In this document: positions 1-12,494 of the stretch, piece after piece
Numbering within the stretch: the first letter of the stretch is position 1
Layout of the letters: each line of letters opens with the position of its first letter
NCBI GenBank assembly: GCA_051362555.1
Contig: CM120649.1
Location: 13,144,001 to 13,208,000, forward strand
Source: Lingula anatina
Taxonomy: Eukaryota > Animalia > Brachiopoda
Direction: 5' to 3'
Length of the DNA stretch: 64,000 nt
Made by a program: the position numbers and the translations under genes
Notes under the pieces: generated by a model
The model's database searches: none
What the model was told of the DNA's origin: nothing
What the model saw: the letters and a program-made list of their open reading frames with translations, nothing else

Positions 1-2218
1 GGAATCCAAACAAGTAATCATCAATGAAATAGAAGAGGGTGTCAAGATATATGACAAGAACAAAACAACTTGCCTAGCCACAGATTGGTCTAAAAGTGGA
101 ATAGGATTTTGGTTATTCCAGAAACATTGCAATTGTATAGTGGCAAAACCATTTTGCTGTAAAACGGGATGGAAAATTGTCCTTGTAGGTAGTAGATTCA
201 CACATCCTGCTGAATCCAGATATGCACCTGTGGAAGGGGAAGCACTAGCCGTGGCTTATGCTTTAGACAAAGCAAGATTCTTTGTTCTGGGATGCACTGA
301 CCTAGTGATAGCTGTTGACCATAAGCCACTTCTCAAAATCTTTGGAGACAGATCCCTTGATGCCATATCCAACACACGTCTCAGGAACCTCAAGGAACGT
401 ACTCTCCGTTACAGGTTCCGTATCATTCATCTTCCAGGTGCTAAGCAGAAAGCCGCAGATGCAATATCTCGTCACCCAACAGGGGAACAGCACCCACCCA
501 AAATGCAGCTTCAAGACGATATTTCTAGTACTGCTGAATCTTATGACTTACCTTATTCCGCTGACATCTTTCAATCTTTCATAGGAGGCATCAAACTAAT
601 GGATGGTGTAAATGATTACACTGACATTGAGGAAAATTTGATTGACTCTGCTATTTATGCCCTTGATTCCACAATTAAGTCAATTACATGGAACCAAGTT
701 AGGCAGGCTACAGCAAGTGATGAAAATATGAATCAGCTACTGTCAATCATTGAGTCAGGAATCCCCAAACACCGCCATGAATTGCCACCTCCATTGCGTG
801 AATACCACCAATTCAGGGAACACATCTACAGTGTTGATGGTGTTATTATTTACAAGGATCGCATTATTATACCACCATGCCTTAGGGAACAAATACTTTC
901 TGCACTTCACGCTGCTCACCAAGGCATCTCATCCATGATATCCAGAGCAGAGGCTTCTGTATTCTGGCCAGGTATAACTGCGGACATCACTGCTGTACGT
1001 GCAAATTGTAACCATTGTCACCAGATTGCACCATCACAACCCTCTGCGCCACCCTACAATCCCATACCACCAAAGTATCCTTTCCAGTGCATCTGTGCAG
1101 ATTTTTTCATGTTTAAGGGTACTCACTACTTGGTCATTGTTGACAGATACTCCAACTGGCCAATTGTAGAATATGCATCTGGAGGATCTAAAGGACTAAT
1201 TACTAGTCTACGCCGTGCATTCTCTACTTATGGGATCCCAGAGGAATTGGCTTCCGATGGAGGCCCTGAATTCACTTCTTCTGAAACACGCAAATTCCTT
1301 GAAGATTGGGGTGTACATCACCGTTTATCATCTGTAGCATTTCCCCACAGCAATTGTCGCGCTGAAGTTGGTGTCAAAACAGTCAAACGATTGCTTATGA
1401 ACAATACAGGACCAAATGGTGAGTTGGACACCAATTCAGTGCAGCGTGCAATATTACAGTACCGTAATACACCTGATCCAGATACAAAACTGTCCCCTGC
1501 AATGTGTATATTTGGAAGGCCAATAAGGGATTTTATTCCAATACTACCAGGTCGATACGAACCACATCCTACATGGAAATCAACATTAGCAGCACGTGAG
1601 GAAGCACTCCGTAACAGACATATGAGATCCGCAGAACACTGGAGTGAACACACTAGACGCCTACCACCACTTGCTATTGGAGACCACGTTCGTATTCAGA
1701 ATCAGACTGGTCCGCATCCAAATAAATGGGACAAAACTGGCACTATTACTGAAGTAAAACAGTTTGACCAGTACCTGGTGAAAGTTGATGGATCTGGACG
1801 TGTGACACTACGCAATAGAAAATTCTTAAGGAAATTCATTCCGTATGTGTCATCTCTACCTCGTCACTCTATCATTGATGACCTAAAGCACAGATTTTAC
1901 ATACAACAGCCTACAGTAAACAATGACACACCTACATTCAGCAAATTACCAGAACCAGAATCTACCTTATTGAAAAATTCACATGAGTCAGTGGAGTCGG
2001 AAAAAACTGTCACCACAACTCAACCCATAGGACCAAATGAAACTGATGGAAAGTGTAAAGAAACAGGAACACTACCTTTAACACAACCATCTCATGAAAC
2101 TCCTAAAGCACTTCCAAAACCACCACGGATGTTAACAAGACTTTTACCACACAACAAACCCGGACTAAAGGAATCAAATGAAGGACTACGCAGATCTGTA
2201 AGACTAAATAAAAACTAA
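1..2218 (+). CDS. pol: Ty3/Gypsy LTR retrotransposon Pol, C-terminal part (RNase H + integrase), 5'-truncated by window edge
   Basis: RT-RNase H motifs ([10 protein letters not shown] upstream of the ORF call, [28 protein letters not shown]); integrase HHCC (LHAAHQG...CNHC) and DDE core ([28 protein letters not shown]); RH-IN order; stop at 2216-2218. Confidence 0.93.
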   Translation, partial: ESKQVIINEIEEGVKIYDKNKTTCLATDWSKSGIGFWLFQKHCNCIVAKPFCCKTGWKIVLVGSRFTHPAESRYAPVEGEALAVAYALDKARFFVLGCTDLVIAVDHKPLLKIFGDRSLDAISNTRLRNLKERTLRYRFRIIHLPGAKQKAADAISRHPTGEQHPPKMQLQDDISSTAESYDLPYSADIFQSFIGGIKLMDGVNDYTDIEENLIDSAIYALDSTIKSITWNQVRQATASDENMNQLLSIIESGIPKHRHELPPPLREYHQFREHIYSVDGVIIYKDRIIIPPCLREQILSALHAAHQGISSMISRAEASVFWPGITADITAVRANCNHCHQIAPSQPSAPPYNPIPPKYPFQCICADFFMFKGTHYLVIVDRYSNWPIVEYASGGSKGLITSLRRAFSTYGIPEELASDGGPEFTSSETRKFLEDWGVHHRLSSVAFPHSNCRAEVGVKTVKRLLMNNTGPNGELDTNSVQRAILQYRNTPDPDTKLSPAMCIFGRPIRDFIPILPGRYEPHPTWKSTLAAREEALRNRHMRSAEHWSEHTRRLPPLAIGDHVRIQNQTGPHPNKWDKTGTITEVKQFDQYLVKVDGSGRVTLRNRKFLRKFIPYVSSLPRHSIIDDLKHRFYIQQPTVNNDTPTFSKLPEPESTLLKNSHESVESEKTVTTTQPIGPNETDGKCKETGTLPLTQPSHETPKALPKPPRMLTRLLPHNKPGLKESNEGLRRSVRLNKN

Positions 2219-2239
2219 CTTTAACCGTCTTTAATGTTT

Positions 2240-2256
2240 AAAAGACTGGGGGGGCA
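2240..2256 (+). other. Polypurine tract of the Gypsy element
   Basis: AAAAGACTGGGGGGGCA shortly after the pol stop codon and directly before the putative LTR. Confidence 0.75.
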
Positions 2257-2649
2257 TAGAGAATAATGAGCATACTGTAGTTTTCATTCAAAGGTAATTG
2301 CTTACCAAGAGTACTTAGTCAGATGTTAGATGTAGCCAAAGGCTATGTTGCATCAGTACTTACCTGGAGAACATGTCATTCTCTATATGCACACTGTGTA
2401 GGCCTATATAGTGAATCATTCAGACACTGGACTTCACCCTGATAGGAGGTGTGCAGGACTTTTTATACCTGAGGTGACTTACATTTATTTACATATATCA
2501 GTATTTCATAATCTAGTTCTTTATTGAGTATTTCATATTTTTCCATTTATTATATTACTGAGTTTACTAATAGTTTGTTTGTATGCATTTCAGCCTTCAT
2601 TGTTTCCAGTTAATAAAGATTGGAAATCAAATAGTGTCCATCTTATCTA
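2257..2649 (+). mobile_element. Putative 3' LTR of the Gypsy element (~393 bp)
   Basis: Starts right after the PPT with TAGA; TATA-like CCTATATA ~2403; AATAAA 2612-2617; ends TTATCTA at 2649. The 5' LTR is outside the window, so the ends are inferred. Confidence 0.6.
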
Positions 2650-4093
2650 TATTTTTGTTCTGGCGGACAAATGATCTAAATTACAATCCATTCATTGACT
2701 GAAGGCCTTTAGAATTAACCGTATTTTAGGGATGTGGTAGTTGTCAACATTGGTTGTTTGACTGCGACAGCTGCACCTATAGCCTTGAAGTCAATAGCAA
2801 TTGCGTTCATTCAAAGATATAGGATATAAATCAGATAGTTCGTTAAATGAGAGAGAGAGAGAGAAAGAGAGAGAGAGACCGCGTGAAGGCAGTGTTAATT
2901 CACCAATTTTAGGTCAGAACAAAGGGGCCTTCCAATTAAAATTTTAATTATTTCTTTTTTAACCAAGCTTCCTACAATAACGATTGCTTCTTTAACGTCC
3001 TACAATTTGATTGAATTAATGTGTATATCTTATTATTAGGACAGCAAGTTATTAAAAGTTGCTTGCGCCTGGTGACCATGATTGTTATTGGATAAATCCA
3101 GTGGCGGATTAAGAGAGGGGTCAGGGAGGTCCTGATTCCCCCCCCCCCCCTTTATTAATCCTCAGTGAGTCATTCCAATGCTCAACTAAATTCGAGAATA
3201 TTTGTACCATTTAACACCTGTTAAAGTATCTGTGCAAGTTATACATTGAAATAAATGCACATCATCCGCGAAGATGGATACCTGGGTAGTAGGTGCTTGG
3301 GTGCAGGAGCCGGGGTTAATTGAGACATATGTATTGGCCTCCAAGTTCTTCCAAGCACGTGGAGCCTGCAGGGTGTTTATGCGTCCTATCTACTTCTTTA
3401 AAAGCTTGTATTTAAATAAATCACTATAAAATAATATCTCAACAAAAAACCAAAAGAAAAAAATGAATGTCGGGATTGATTCATTAACCCCTGGTAAGCA
3501 CAGGAAAACTGTCGTTTACTCCAAGGGGAAACATTTTGTGCTAAAATGAACGGTTGGTATCCTTTCAATTCCAAGATACTGTAATAAACATCACATCCAA
3601 TGCACTCAGTCCTGTAAACGGCTTGTAACTTCCTGGTTGAAAAGACTGTATGTTGCGCGGCAGCCGCCACTAATGGGCATTGCTAGAGTAGCCTTATCTA
3701 AACCAAGCAGCAATGCCTTACAATTTGGAACAAATTCATATAAAATGAGACAATGCTGAATGGTGTTCTACTCCGTATCGATCTCGTTAGTCCAGCTGCC
3801 GTGCTGATAAATTGATACCTGGTTCTGCACTTGCTAGATAAGCGGTCTGTTTGTCTTTTGTAGAAAAGATTATCAGTGTTACTGCCGAGTTTCTCCCGTT
3901 TCTTATCACATGCCTTATATAATGCCTTATATTTGTTCTTTCGTGTTTTAGAAACATTCATCAACTCAGCAGACATATTGATAACTAAATTACTTACAAA
4001 GAGCATATCAGCTGATAACATAAGAGTTGATAACAAGCAATGGATTAATTTTAATTGAATGGGATTTTAGATATTCATTTTCCTGGGTTTGGC

Positions 4094-4560
4094 ATTATCA
4101 TTATCATCATCATTCAGAGCCTAAAGTATGCTTCTGCTAGAGTATTCTGTCTTGTGCTTTACACTTCCAGTTTTTTCCAGTACTCACTAATGCAGTCCTC
4201 CGTCTCTTACGTGGCTTCCCTTGTTTCCTTTGTCCATATCTTGGTGTCCATTCTGTCGGTCTTATTAACCATCTGTCATCTTTGATTAAACTGATATGTC
4301 ATCTTTATTTCATTTTTTAATTGTAAGCAACGCAAATAACCTTGATCTGTTCTCTTATCTACTTAATGATCTTCCTATCTCTTGCCCTGATGTTAAATGT
4401 ACTTCTTTCCATCATTCTCTGTGCTACTTGTAACTTTTGTTCCATGGATGTATTCATTGTCCATGTCCCTGTAACATAGGTGACAGCTGGCAATACATAT
4501 GCATCGAACACTCCTTTTCAGACAGGTAGGGAGGTTTGGCATACAAAGAAGAAAATGCCT
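4094..4560 (-). mobile_element. RTE-clade LINE, degenerate 3' fragment with (TGA)n tail
   Basis: Minus strand reads LPTCLKR..VLPAVTYVTGTWTMNTSMEQKLQVAQRMMERS..RDRK...TEWTPR..KQGKPR..W..AQDR with stops and frameshifts, matching the RTE RT C-terminus; followed by ATG/TGA microsatellite. Confidence 0.8.
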
Positions 4561-4580
4561 TTGAATAGTTTAAGGCTGTA

Positions 4581-4781
4581 TTCCCAGAGCTTTGAGATCG
4601 ATCTATTCCTGCGGGGAGTCTCACCAGATTACTGTCAGATAATCCGGCTTAAATGTCTGTCCCGCCTACTACAAGCTGTAAGGGGGTAATTAACTTTCGT
4701 GTCCGCCCGGCTGACAGCTATTTAGCGTGAACCCCCAGGGAGTTAGGTCGATCTAAAGTAGATCGATCTAATCTCTGGAAA
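4581..4781. mobile_element. Small degenerate MITE-like inverted-repeat element
   Basis: Ends TTCCCAGAG..GAGATCGATCTA and TAGATCGATCTAATCTCTGGAAA are imperfect inverted repeats; no clear TSD. Confidence 0.45.
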
Positions 4782-4911
4782 TGGGGTCTAAGAGTGACTG
4801 TGCGTCTGGAAAAAGTTTACTAGGCTGTTGAATGCTGATGGAGCTGTACAAAATATTGATATCTCAGATAATTCCCAGCTCATTTTGTATTTTGAATTCC
4901 GACTAAAGACG

Positions 4912-4921
4912 CCCCCCCCCC

Positions 4922-4960
<39 letters not shown>
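4912..4960. repeat. Poly-C tract
   Basis: ~48 nt nearly pure C; produces spurious poly-Pro and poly-Gly ORFs. Confidence 0.95.
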
Positions 4961-5555
4961 TGGAAAAGACATTGCGAATAAATGTAAAAGAAGAAAACGT
5001 ACACTGGCATTTCCCGGCTCCTTTCCTGCGGCGCTTCCAACTGTAAAGTACCTGTACCACTAAATAATGACAATAAGACATTTTAATCACACATTTTTAT
5101 TTAATCCATGTGTTTGTCTCCCTTGAAAAAAAATTATATCAAACCATGTGGCCATCCATATGTCTTAAATATACATATTGTTTGCTTTGCTCAATATCCT
5201 ATACTCTGTGTGAGACATTAAAGGACAAAGTGCAAAGCTCATTTCAGGGACCCTTTGCAAAATCGCTATTACAAATGTCCAAATACGTGAAAAGGTCAAT
5301 TTAACGTACATCGTTTACGGCGTATTTCATAAAATACATGGTGGTAACACAAACTATTCATTAAACATAAAAGTATACATTTAACCAAATAACTGAAACA
5401 TGTTAAAAGGTAATTTAGAATTGTGATGTATGTACACAAATGTGTACAAACAAATATAATCAGTTGAAAAGCATATAAAGGGTCACGATACCAGGTATAA
5501 GCATGGCTTTTGATTTGTTTAGAAATTATCAGAAACCATAATTCAATTTTCATAA

Positions 5556-5684
5556 TTCATAGATAGATTTGTGTTCAGACTTTCGCCATTTTTGTTTATC
5601 TTGTTTTAATGGCTCAGTTATGTTTACTCTACCGGTTGATAAATGTAAGTTGGATCGCAAGCATGTCAAACCCGTTTCAATATA
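5556..5684 (+). repeat. ~130-bp upstream segment, duplicated in intron 2 (7063-7191)
   Basis: Colinear, diverged direct copy (ttcatag..gttttaatggctcag..tgtcaaacccgtttcaatata). Confidence 0.85.
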
Positions 5685-5759
5685 ATGATATGCCACGATC
5701 CCCTCAGCCATTTGTACACGTCCGTACGTGTAAGTAAAGATATCGCATAAAAGAGAAAG

Positions 5760-8750
5760 ATGGATCCAACGGGAGTTGGAGGACGATTCCTCGCGGTGTT
5801 GTTTTTACTTTTTTTAACGATCACGGCGCATTCCAACGCGGACACCGTCATGGACACCTCACCGACCTCCGATCTGACGTTACGTCTAACTGACCAGCCG
5901 TTCCACGTCAACGATTCTATCATAGTTCCGCCGGGGGTTACGCTTATTGTAGAGCCTGGCGTTACCGTTAAGTTTAGCCCCGCAGTCGGTTTACGAGTAG
6001 AAGGGCGCCTTTTAGCAGTGGGACAGCCAGAAAAACGTATACGTTTCACGGCTGCAGAAACACCCAATGTTGAAAACCGTGGCGAACAGCCTCCTATCTG
6101 GTTCGATGGTGCCAGATTGGCTGGAGACTTCACGGAGAACCATATAGGACGCCTGGAGCTTTTATTCCAAGGTATTTGCAGTAGTAAATGTCGTCATGTT
6201 TTTTAAAATAAGTATGTACTACATTAGGTGCTTAATTTAATGCAGATTGTCTGTTATAAACAAAGTTTTGATTGAAAAAGAATAATCGAAAGAAATTCTG
6301 ATATTACAATTATTTGCCAACTCTTTGTGGGTATTCCCTTCCTATAACCTTCATCATTATTGTAAGAGATGGAGATATAATTAGAGATACATGTTTATTT
6401 AGCCAATGATATATGAGTTAAATGATATATGAGTTAAATGCTTTTTAAAAGCTTCGTTGTATTAATAAAACATTAAAAGATGTACGAAAAATAAAAACCT
6501 CCCACTTAAGAATAGTTTCCTATGCAACTGAGTATTGTTTTCAAATTTGGCATTGTTCAATTAGTTTGTTGAATGGTTAAGGACTTCTCCATCCAGGTAG
6601 CTTCGGCACCGTTTGTCTGAATGGCTGGGACAGCCCCTACTACAGAGACAATAACAGAGTTGCGGCTAGGATGCTGGGATACGAAACTTGTACCAGAGTA
6701 AATAATAGAGGCAATGGAAACGGTAGTATTCTACTTAGTAACATGAGATGTAATGGACAAGAGAGCTCTCTCTGGCACTGTCGCCATGATGGGACCCGTG
6801 TAAACAACTGTGGTAAGTGCAATACTTAAAATATCTGTTTTTCATCCTTGTAAGTATTTACTACTTTTAGGGATTATTGTATCCCGCTTGACAAGCCACA
6901 GTTTCCTATATCTTATTCCTTGACGTCACACGCAGCGTAGGTCTGGACAAGCTTAAAAAACTACTTTGGCGAAATGTGAACCGTTACATGTACGCCATTT
7001 TCCTTAACTCGACGGGTAGCGATAGACCAGAAACCAGAAACCACATTTCAATCTTTTGTTCCTTCATAGGTAAATTTGTGTACAGACTTTCGACATTTTT
7101 GTTTACCTTGTTTTAATGGCTCAGATATGTTTACTCCACCCGTTGATATATGTAAGCTCGATTGCAAGCGTGTCAAACCCGTTTCAATATATTCTGTTAT
7201 GCCTTTCAAATATGTCCAAGATTAAGAACAGCATGTTAAACAAGCCAATTGACATTGGATTTCTGAGAGAAATATCCCAAATTGCTTTTTGGTAAATATC
7301 TATTCCTCTCTACTTCTCAAAGACAGGGGAATCTATTTGACGTTTAATTAAAAGTATTATTAGGATTCCCCATAGGGGAATACTTTTGTTTTTCCTGTTA
7401 TTCTTCTTCTTATTTTTCGTCAAAAAATTTCTTTCTAAAATTCTGAAAAAATTCATACTGATAGCCTATGAACAGTTATTCCGGTCCACCCAATTTTTTT
7501 GACCTTGACCTCATTTTCAAGGTCACAGAGCCTTTTAAAGTGAATTTTTTTTGCAAATTTCAAAATGCAATATCTCCTAGAATTTTCAACATTTTGACAA
7601 ATCCTTTCATAGGTGAGGTCACACAATGATTTTATATCATGTGACTCAATTTTAAGACAAATGGGTCAGGTCAAGGTCAACTTATTGCAAAATATGCTCC
7701 AGGAGGTTGACACTCGGCAGGGGGTAAACCAGATGTCACAGAGCCACAAGGATGATGTAAAAAGTTGCCCTAGATATCTATCCAGTGCAGTCGCTATTAC
7801 TATTGACAATTGACTGATTAGTTTTTTTAATATAGATTTTTAAATATTAATAATTTCACAGAAATAGCGACTTTATCAATTTCTCCATAAAATACTGATT
7901 TTTTGTGATAACATGCTATAGTAAACTACCCCAAACATATACCCAACACCCCCAAATCAAATGTCAAATTTGACCTTGACCCTCATTTTCAAGGTCATTC
8001 GGCTATTTCATGGAGAAATATGGAAGTGGGCTAAAAGTGAAGTTTTGTTGACCCCCCACCCCCAATTCGCACATGCTCTTTCAGAATATGGGGTCAAATT
8101 TAACCCATGACCTTCACATGACCTTGTAAGAGCATTTCCACACCTATTTTGCAGTAGAATCCTCCGCCACTGGCTTAAGCCAGTTGCAGTCTAGTTTTAA
8201 TTAAAATTGTCCAAAACTTAACGAACGTTTACGATACCTTGAGACTATATCCTAGATTTTTGTTTTGTTATATTTCAAAATATTGTAATTAACAGCATAA
8301 ACTGATTGGATATTAGACAAATGTTACTATTTCATGTAGGGCACGGGTATGGAAGTGCATGGTTATGCACATTTTAATGCATTTGGCTCTGCTGTTCTTC
8401 AGTTCACAGTCAAGACGTGTGGCTGCAGTGTTCAGGTTACTCTGGATATCGCGGGGATGCCAACGAAACAGCCAAGTACTGGTCTGGGATACAGCTGATG
8501 ACTAACTCCTCCGAACCAGGAGTAAGTGATCTCCAATATGTCGACATCGAATTTGCCGGTCTTCCTAACAACGAGACTCACTCTAATGATACAGCGGCCA
8601 TATCTGTTAGCGGAATCCCACCTATTCTTGATAACCTGAACATCACAAACGCCATTGTCAATGGAATTCTGATCAGAGACATCGCTGGACATGCGGCGAT
8701 CAACAACAGTAACGTCGAGAACAGTATGCGCAGCGGGGTTGCCTTTACTG
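5760..8750 (+). CDS. Exons 1-3: signal peptide, beta-helix module 1 and SRCR domain
   Basis: FLAVLFLLFLTITAHSNA signal; PFHVNDSIIVPPGVTLIVEPGV module start; SRCR spliced as ARLAG..GRLELLFQG|SFGTVCLNGW..LSNMRCNGQESSLWHC..C|VHSQDVWLQC. Confidence 0.88.
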
Positions 8751-11700
8751 GTGAGTTACGTGCAATTAGTTAAAATGCACCGTAAATAGTCCAAAGAAAC
8801 TTAAATCAATCACAATTCAATTTATAGCTATTCACTTAGGATAATTTGATTTATACTGATTTTATGCAATGGAACTAGCTTGTTCCAATAATTTTACAAG
8901 GGTAAGTTATAATATGGGACAGCACCGTTTCTGAGACACTAGAGAATAGTGCTCAGCCGCAGAGGAAGCTGCACAGTATAGTCTATAACGTGCCCCTCGA
9001 TATTGTTTCAAACCATTTCCATTTTCACGAGTGCAATTTCTGTTTATAGATTTTGAAAAATAAGTATAAATTAACAAATATTGAAGGTCGTTAACGACAC
9101 TAAATGAGCCAAATTTTCGCAAGTCGTCAGTAAAAAGCATAGCTATTAAGCCCTTCGGAAAAAAATCAATAGGATGACTTATGTTTAAGGTAATGAGGCT
9201 AGTTTAACCTTGACGTGTTTGAATTTATTGCCTTGGTTGCTTCAAACACACTTTACACTGACGGCGTCCTGAACATACTCAAGACCGTTTGTGCAAGCAG
9301 TTGCGGCCAATTGAGGTGAGGGAAATGGGGGGGGGGGGGGGGGGGGAGTAAACAGTACAGGAAATACCAGCTCGGGTATTAAGGGTATTTGCATCTTTTT
9401 AGTTACATCTTTCAATGCAATGGGACTTTCTTAATCGTGCCGTTGAAGTATATCAGACGAAAAAGGACATACACCATTACTGGTTTAATTTGAAATGAAA
9501 ACGTGCGAATTTACGGCTGCAATAAAATTACGTTTCAGTCGTTTCTGCATTCCTCATTATCAAAATGCATTAATTATTTTATTGCAGAAGCATTGACAGT
9601 GTCGCCAGCAAAGATCAAGTTATAAAAATACGTAAAATGTGGAATTAATGTTCTCATCCCGCAACCATAAAAGAGTTAGAATTGAGCAAGGCAGTAATTC
9701 TAATTCGCGTTAAGTGTCATATGAGCTGAGACCACGCAAACGTAAGGTCATAAAGGACCCAAATGTGAACCACATTTACACATTTTTTGCAGTATATTTC
9801 TTTCTCTGCGGAATTTAAAAGAATCTAGTATGAACAAGTATTGTATTATGTCATTAGATGTTATTTCATTAAATGCATTAATAACTTAACTTTACGTAAC
9901 GGAAGATTAGGCAAAATGCCAACATATAATCAATTCAGTCTGTGTATATTGTTTTGCAGCTCAATCCAGTTATTTTGGACTATCAGTCAAGAACATATCT
10001 GTTAAGGGATCAGTATATGGGATTCTTCTTGAAAATCAATGGCAGTCCGTCCATATATCAAATTCTCGTATCGAACATTCCTCAGTGACAGGTCTGTACG
10101 TGGGGAAAGGATCCGGTACTATTGGGCTTCAGGAAAGCAGTCTTGTGAATAACATGAACCATGCGTATTTTGAACATATCCAGAGGAATGTTACCCTGAA
10201 TAACAATGAGTTCAATGGATCCTCTAATTATGCTTTGTCTGTTGGTGCAATCTCGATGTGGACATTGCCAAACAACGTCAGGTTCGTTTTCCAAAATAAC
10301 AAACTGGTAAACAACAGATTTGGTATATCGATGCCAGAAGCGAAACAGTGTGCCCTTACAGATATGGTAGTGTCCGGAAATGTCTTCAAAAATCAAAGCG
10401 GAACTGCCCTCGCGTTGGGGTATGATTACAAACGCAATTGTGGGACAGACAGTATAAGAAATATCCAGGTGAATGGAAATTCGGTATCTAAAACAAATGG
10501 AGATGCGGTTTTTATAATAGAAACCGACGGGAATACCAAAATACTCAACAACACTCTATCTGATAATGACGTGTCCCAATGTGTCATTTGCGTTTCTGCC
10601 TCAGATTTGTTCATGACTGGAAATATGTTAAGAGACAACAATGTAACAACAGAAAACAAAAGACACCAGGTCGATGCCACCCTGGTTGTAAAAAATATTC
10701 AAAGCAATTTCACAGTAACAAGCAATATTTTCGAAAACCCGTCTGTCGAATATGAACTGGCTATTTGGAATGATGGCTTCTTCCAACGAACACTAGATGT
10801 GTCACGAAATTACTGGGGAACACCAAATCCTTATGGTGTTTATTCACGAATCCTTGACAACACAAAACGCTACACTCTGAGAACTGAGTTCCTATACACT
10901 CCGTTCTATATCACGGCTGATCTCTCCAGTTTGTCCTCTGCGATGATAGACGTGGATCCAGCACCAACTCCCTACACACTCGGTGGCCGCATCAAGACCG
11001 ACCTTACTCTTAAGGACACTGGTAGACCGTACACGGTGACACATGACCTGAACGTGACAGCCAACGCCACACTTACCATAGAACCAGGGGCGGTTTTAGA
11101 ATTTGAAGATTCTGTTGGAGTGTACATAGAGGGAAGACTTAATGTCAGTGGAACCGAAAGAAAGAAGTGCATCTTTACCGCCAAAGGAAAGTCGAATACA
11201 ACGAAAAATATTACATCAAAAATAGGCTTCGGTACATTTGCGTTGCTTAGAGAGCCATCTCAATCATATAGCACTACATCGTTTTATGGGAGACTTTACG
11301 GAGAAGAAAATGGAAATATATTGCCAGTTTGTTACGATTCATCATATAGAGGACCGATGTTGACTACATGGTTAGATGGTGAATGTAGGCGACTTGGATA
11401 TACTTCTCTCAGGTTACTGGATATGGTAACTGATACAGCTAAACTGGGCTTAAAGCTGAAGTGTGCTGAAAGCGAAATGGACTTTGAGAATAACTGTTTT
11501 GTGGGAATACAAAGATACCGGTGCTCTACGTTCTTCAGAGTCGTGTGCACCAAACCATCGCGGGACTCCACGTGGGCCGGAATAAGGTTAGGTATGACAG
11601 CTCGCCCCAGCACTTTACAACATGCAGTGATCCAGTTTGCTGGCTACTTTGACTCCGGGTCAAGTACAAAAGGTCCGTCTTTACAGGTGGACTTCAACCG

Positions 11701-12451
11701 ACATGCCATTAATAACGTGGCCATCCTTACCTCTGGAGGGGGGATTCGCCAACTCTATGTAGACGGAATAGAGCGAAATATGACTAACATAGTGATGACA
11801 GATATTTATACCAACGCCTTTGACACAAACACACTGAGTGCAACTCTCAGGGACTCCAGCATGAAGGATATAGGTTTATATGCTGTATTATTGCGAAGTT
11901 GGTTATCCAATTGGGGCACAACAGCAGTCTTCACTTCTTACAAACGCGACTGCGGCACTTCGCATCTGGCCAATGAAGGCGATATGCTGCCATTTTATCG
12001 CAACATAAATGCGTCTATGCAATGTGGTACCTTTACAACCAGGCTGGACCTCAGACTTCGGGTTTTTATCATCAGTGGTGCTTTTCATGGTTTTAAGTTA
12101 CTTTTGACAGACACAGTGAAAAACTGGACAGTAGAGCAGAACTCGACGTATTCTGTTCTCACCACGTCTACTAACACACTGCAATTCCTTTTTAGGAGAC
12201 ACCGTTGTATCTGGCCGTGTGATGTAAATATCCACGCAGTAGTCCTGGCGGTTAAAGGTAAGCGAAAGAGACTGGTAGGTGTAAACCTATAATTGTATTT
12301 GACATAGGTGCATAGTTGGCCAGTTAAATGTAATTCTGTCGTTATTTCTTAACCTTTATAAATTGACTTGTACATTTCACCAGTGCAAAGTATTTGCACC
12401 GAAATGTTAAGGTCAATAGCCAACGTGCTGGGAGCTACTTGTCTCATGATT

Positions 12452-12494
<43 letters not shown>

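Noticed and set aside
3099-3150. CAGTGGCGGAT MITE-like start with poly-C
   Set aside because: No partner TIR visible; too short to call
3398-4058. Short ORFs between the Gypsy LTR and the RTE fragment
   Set aside because: No recognisable motifs or splice structure; probably decayed repeat
4788-5090. Poly-Pro and poly-Gly ORFs
   Set aside because: Produced by the poly-C tract; no splice or coding context
8450-8458. RGD tripeptide after the SRCR domain
   Set aside because: One RGD in ~4,100 aa is expected by chance; no conservation evidence
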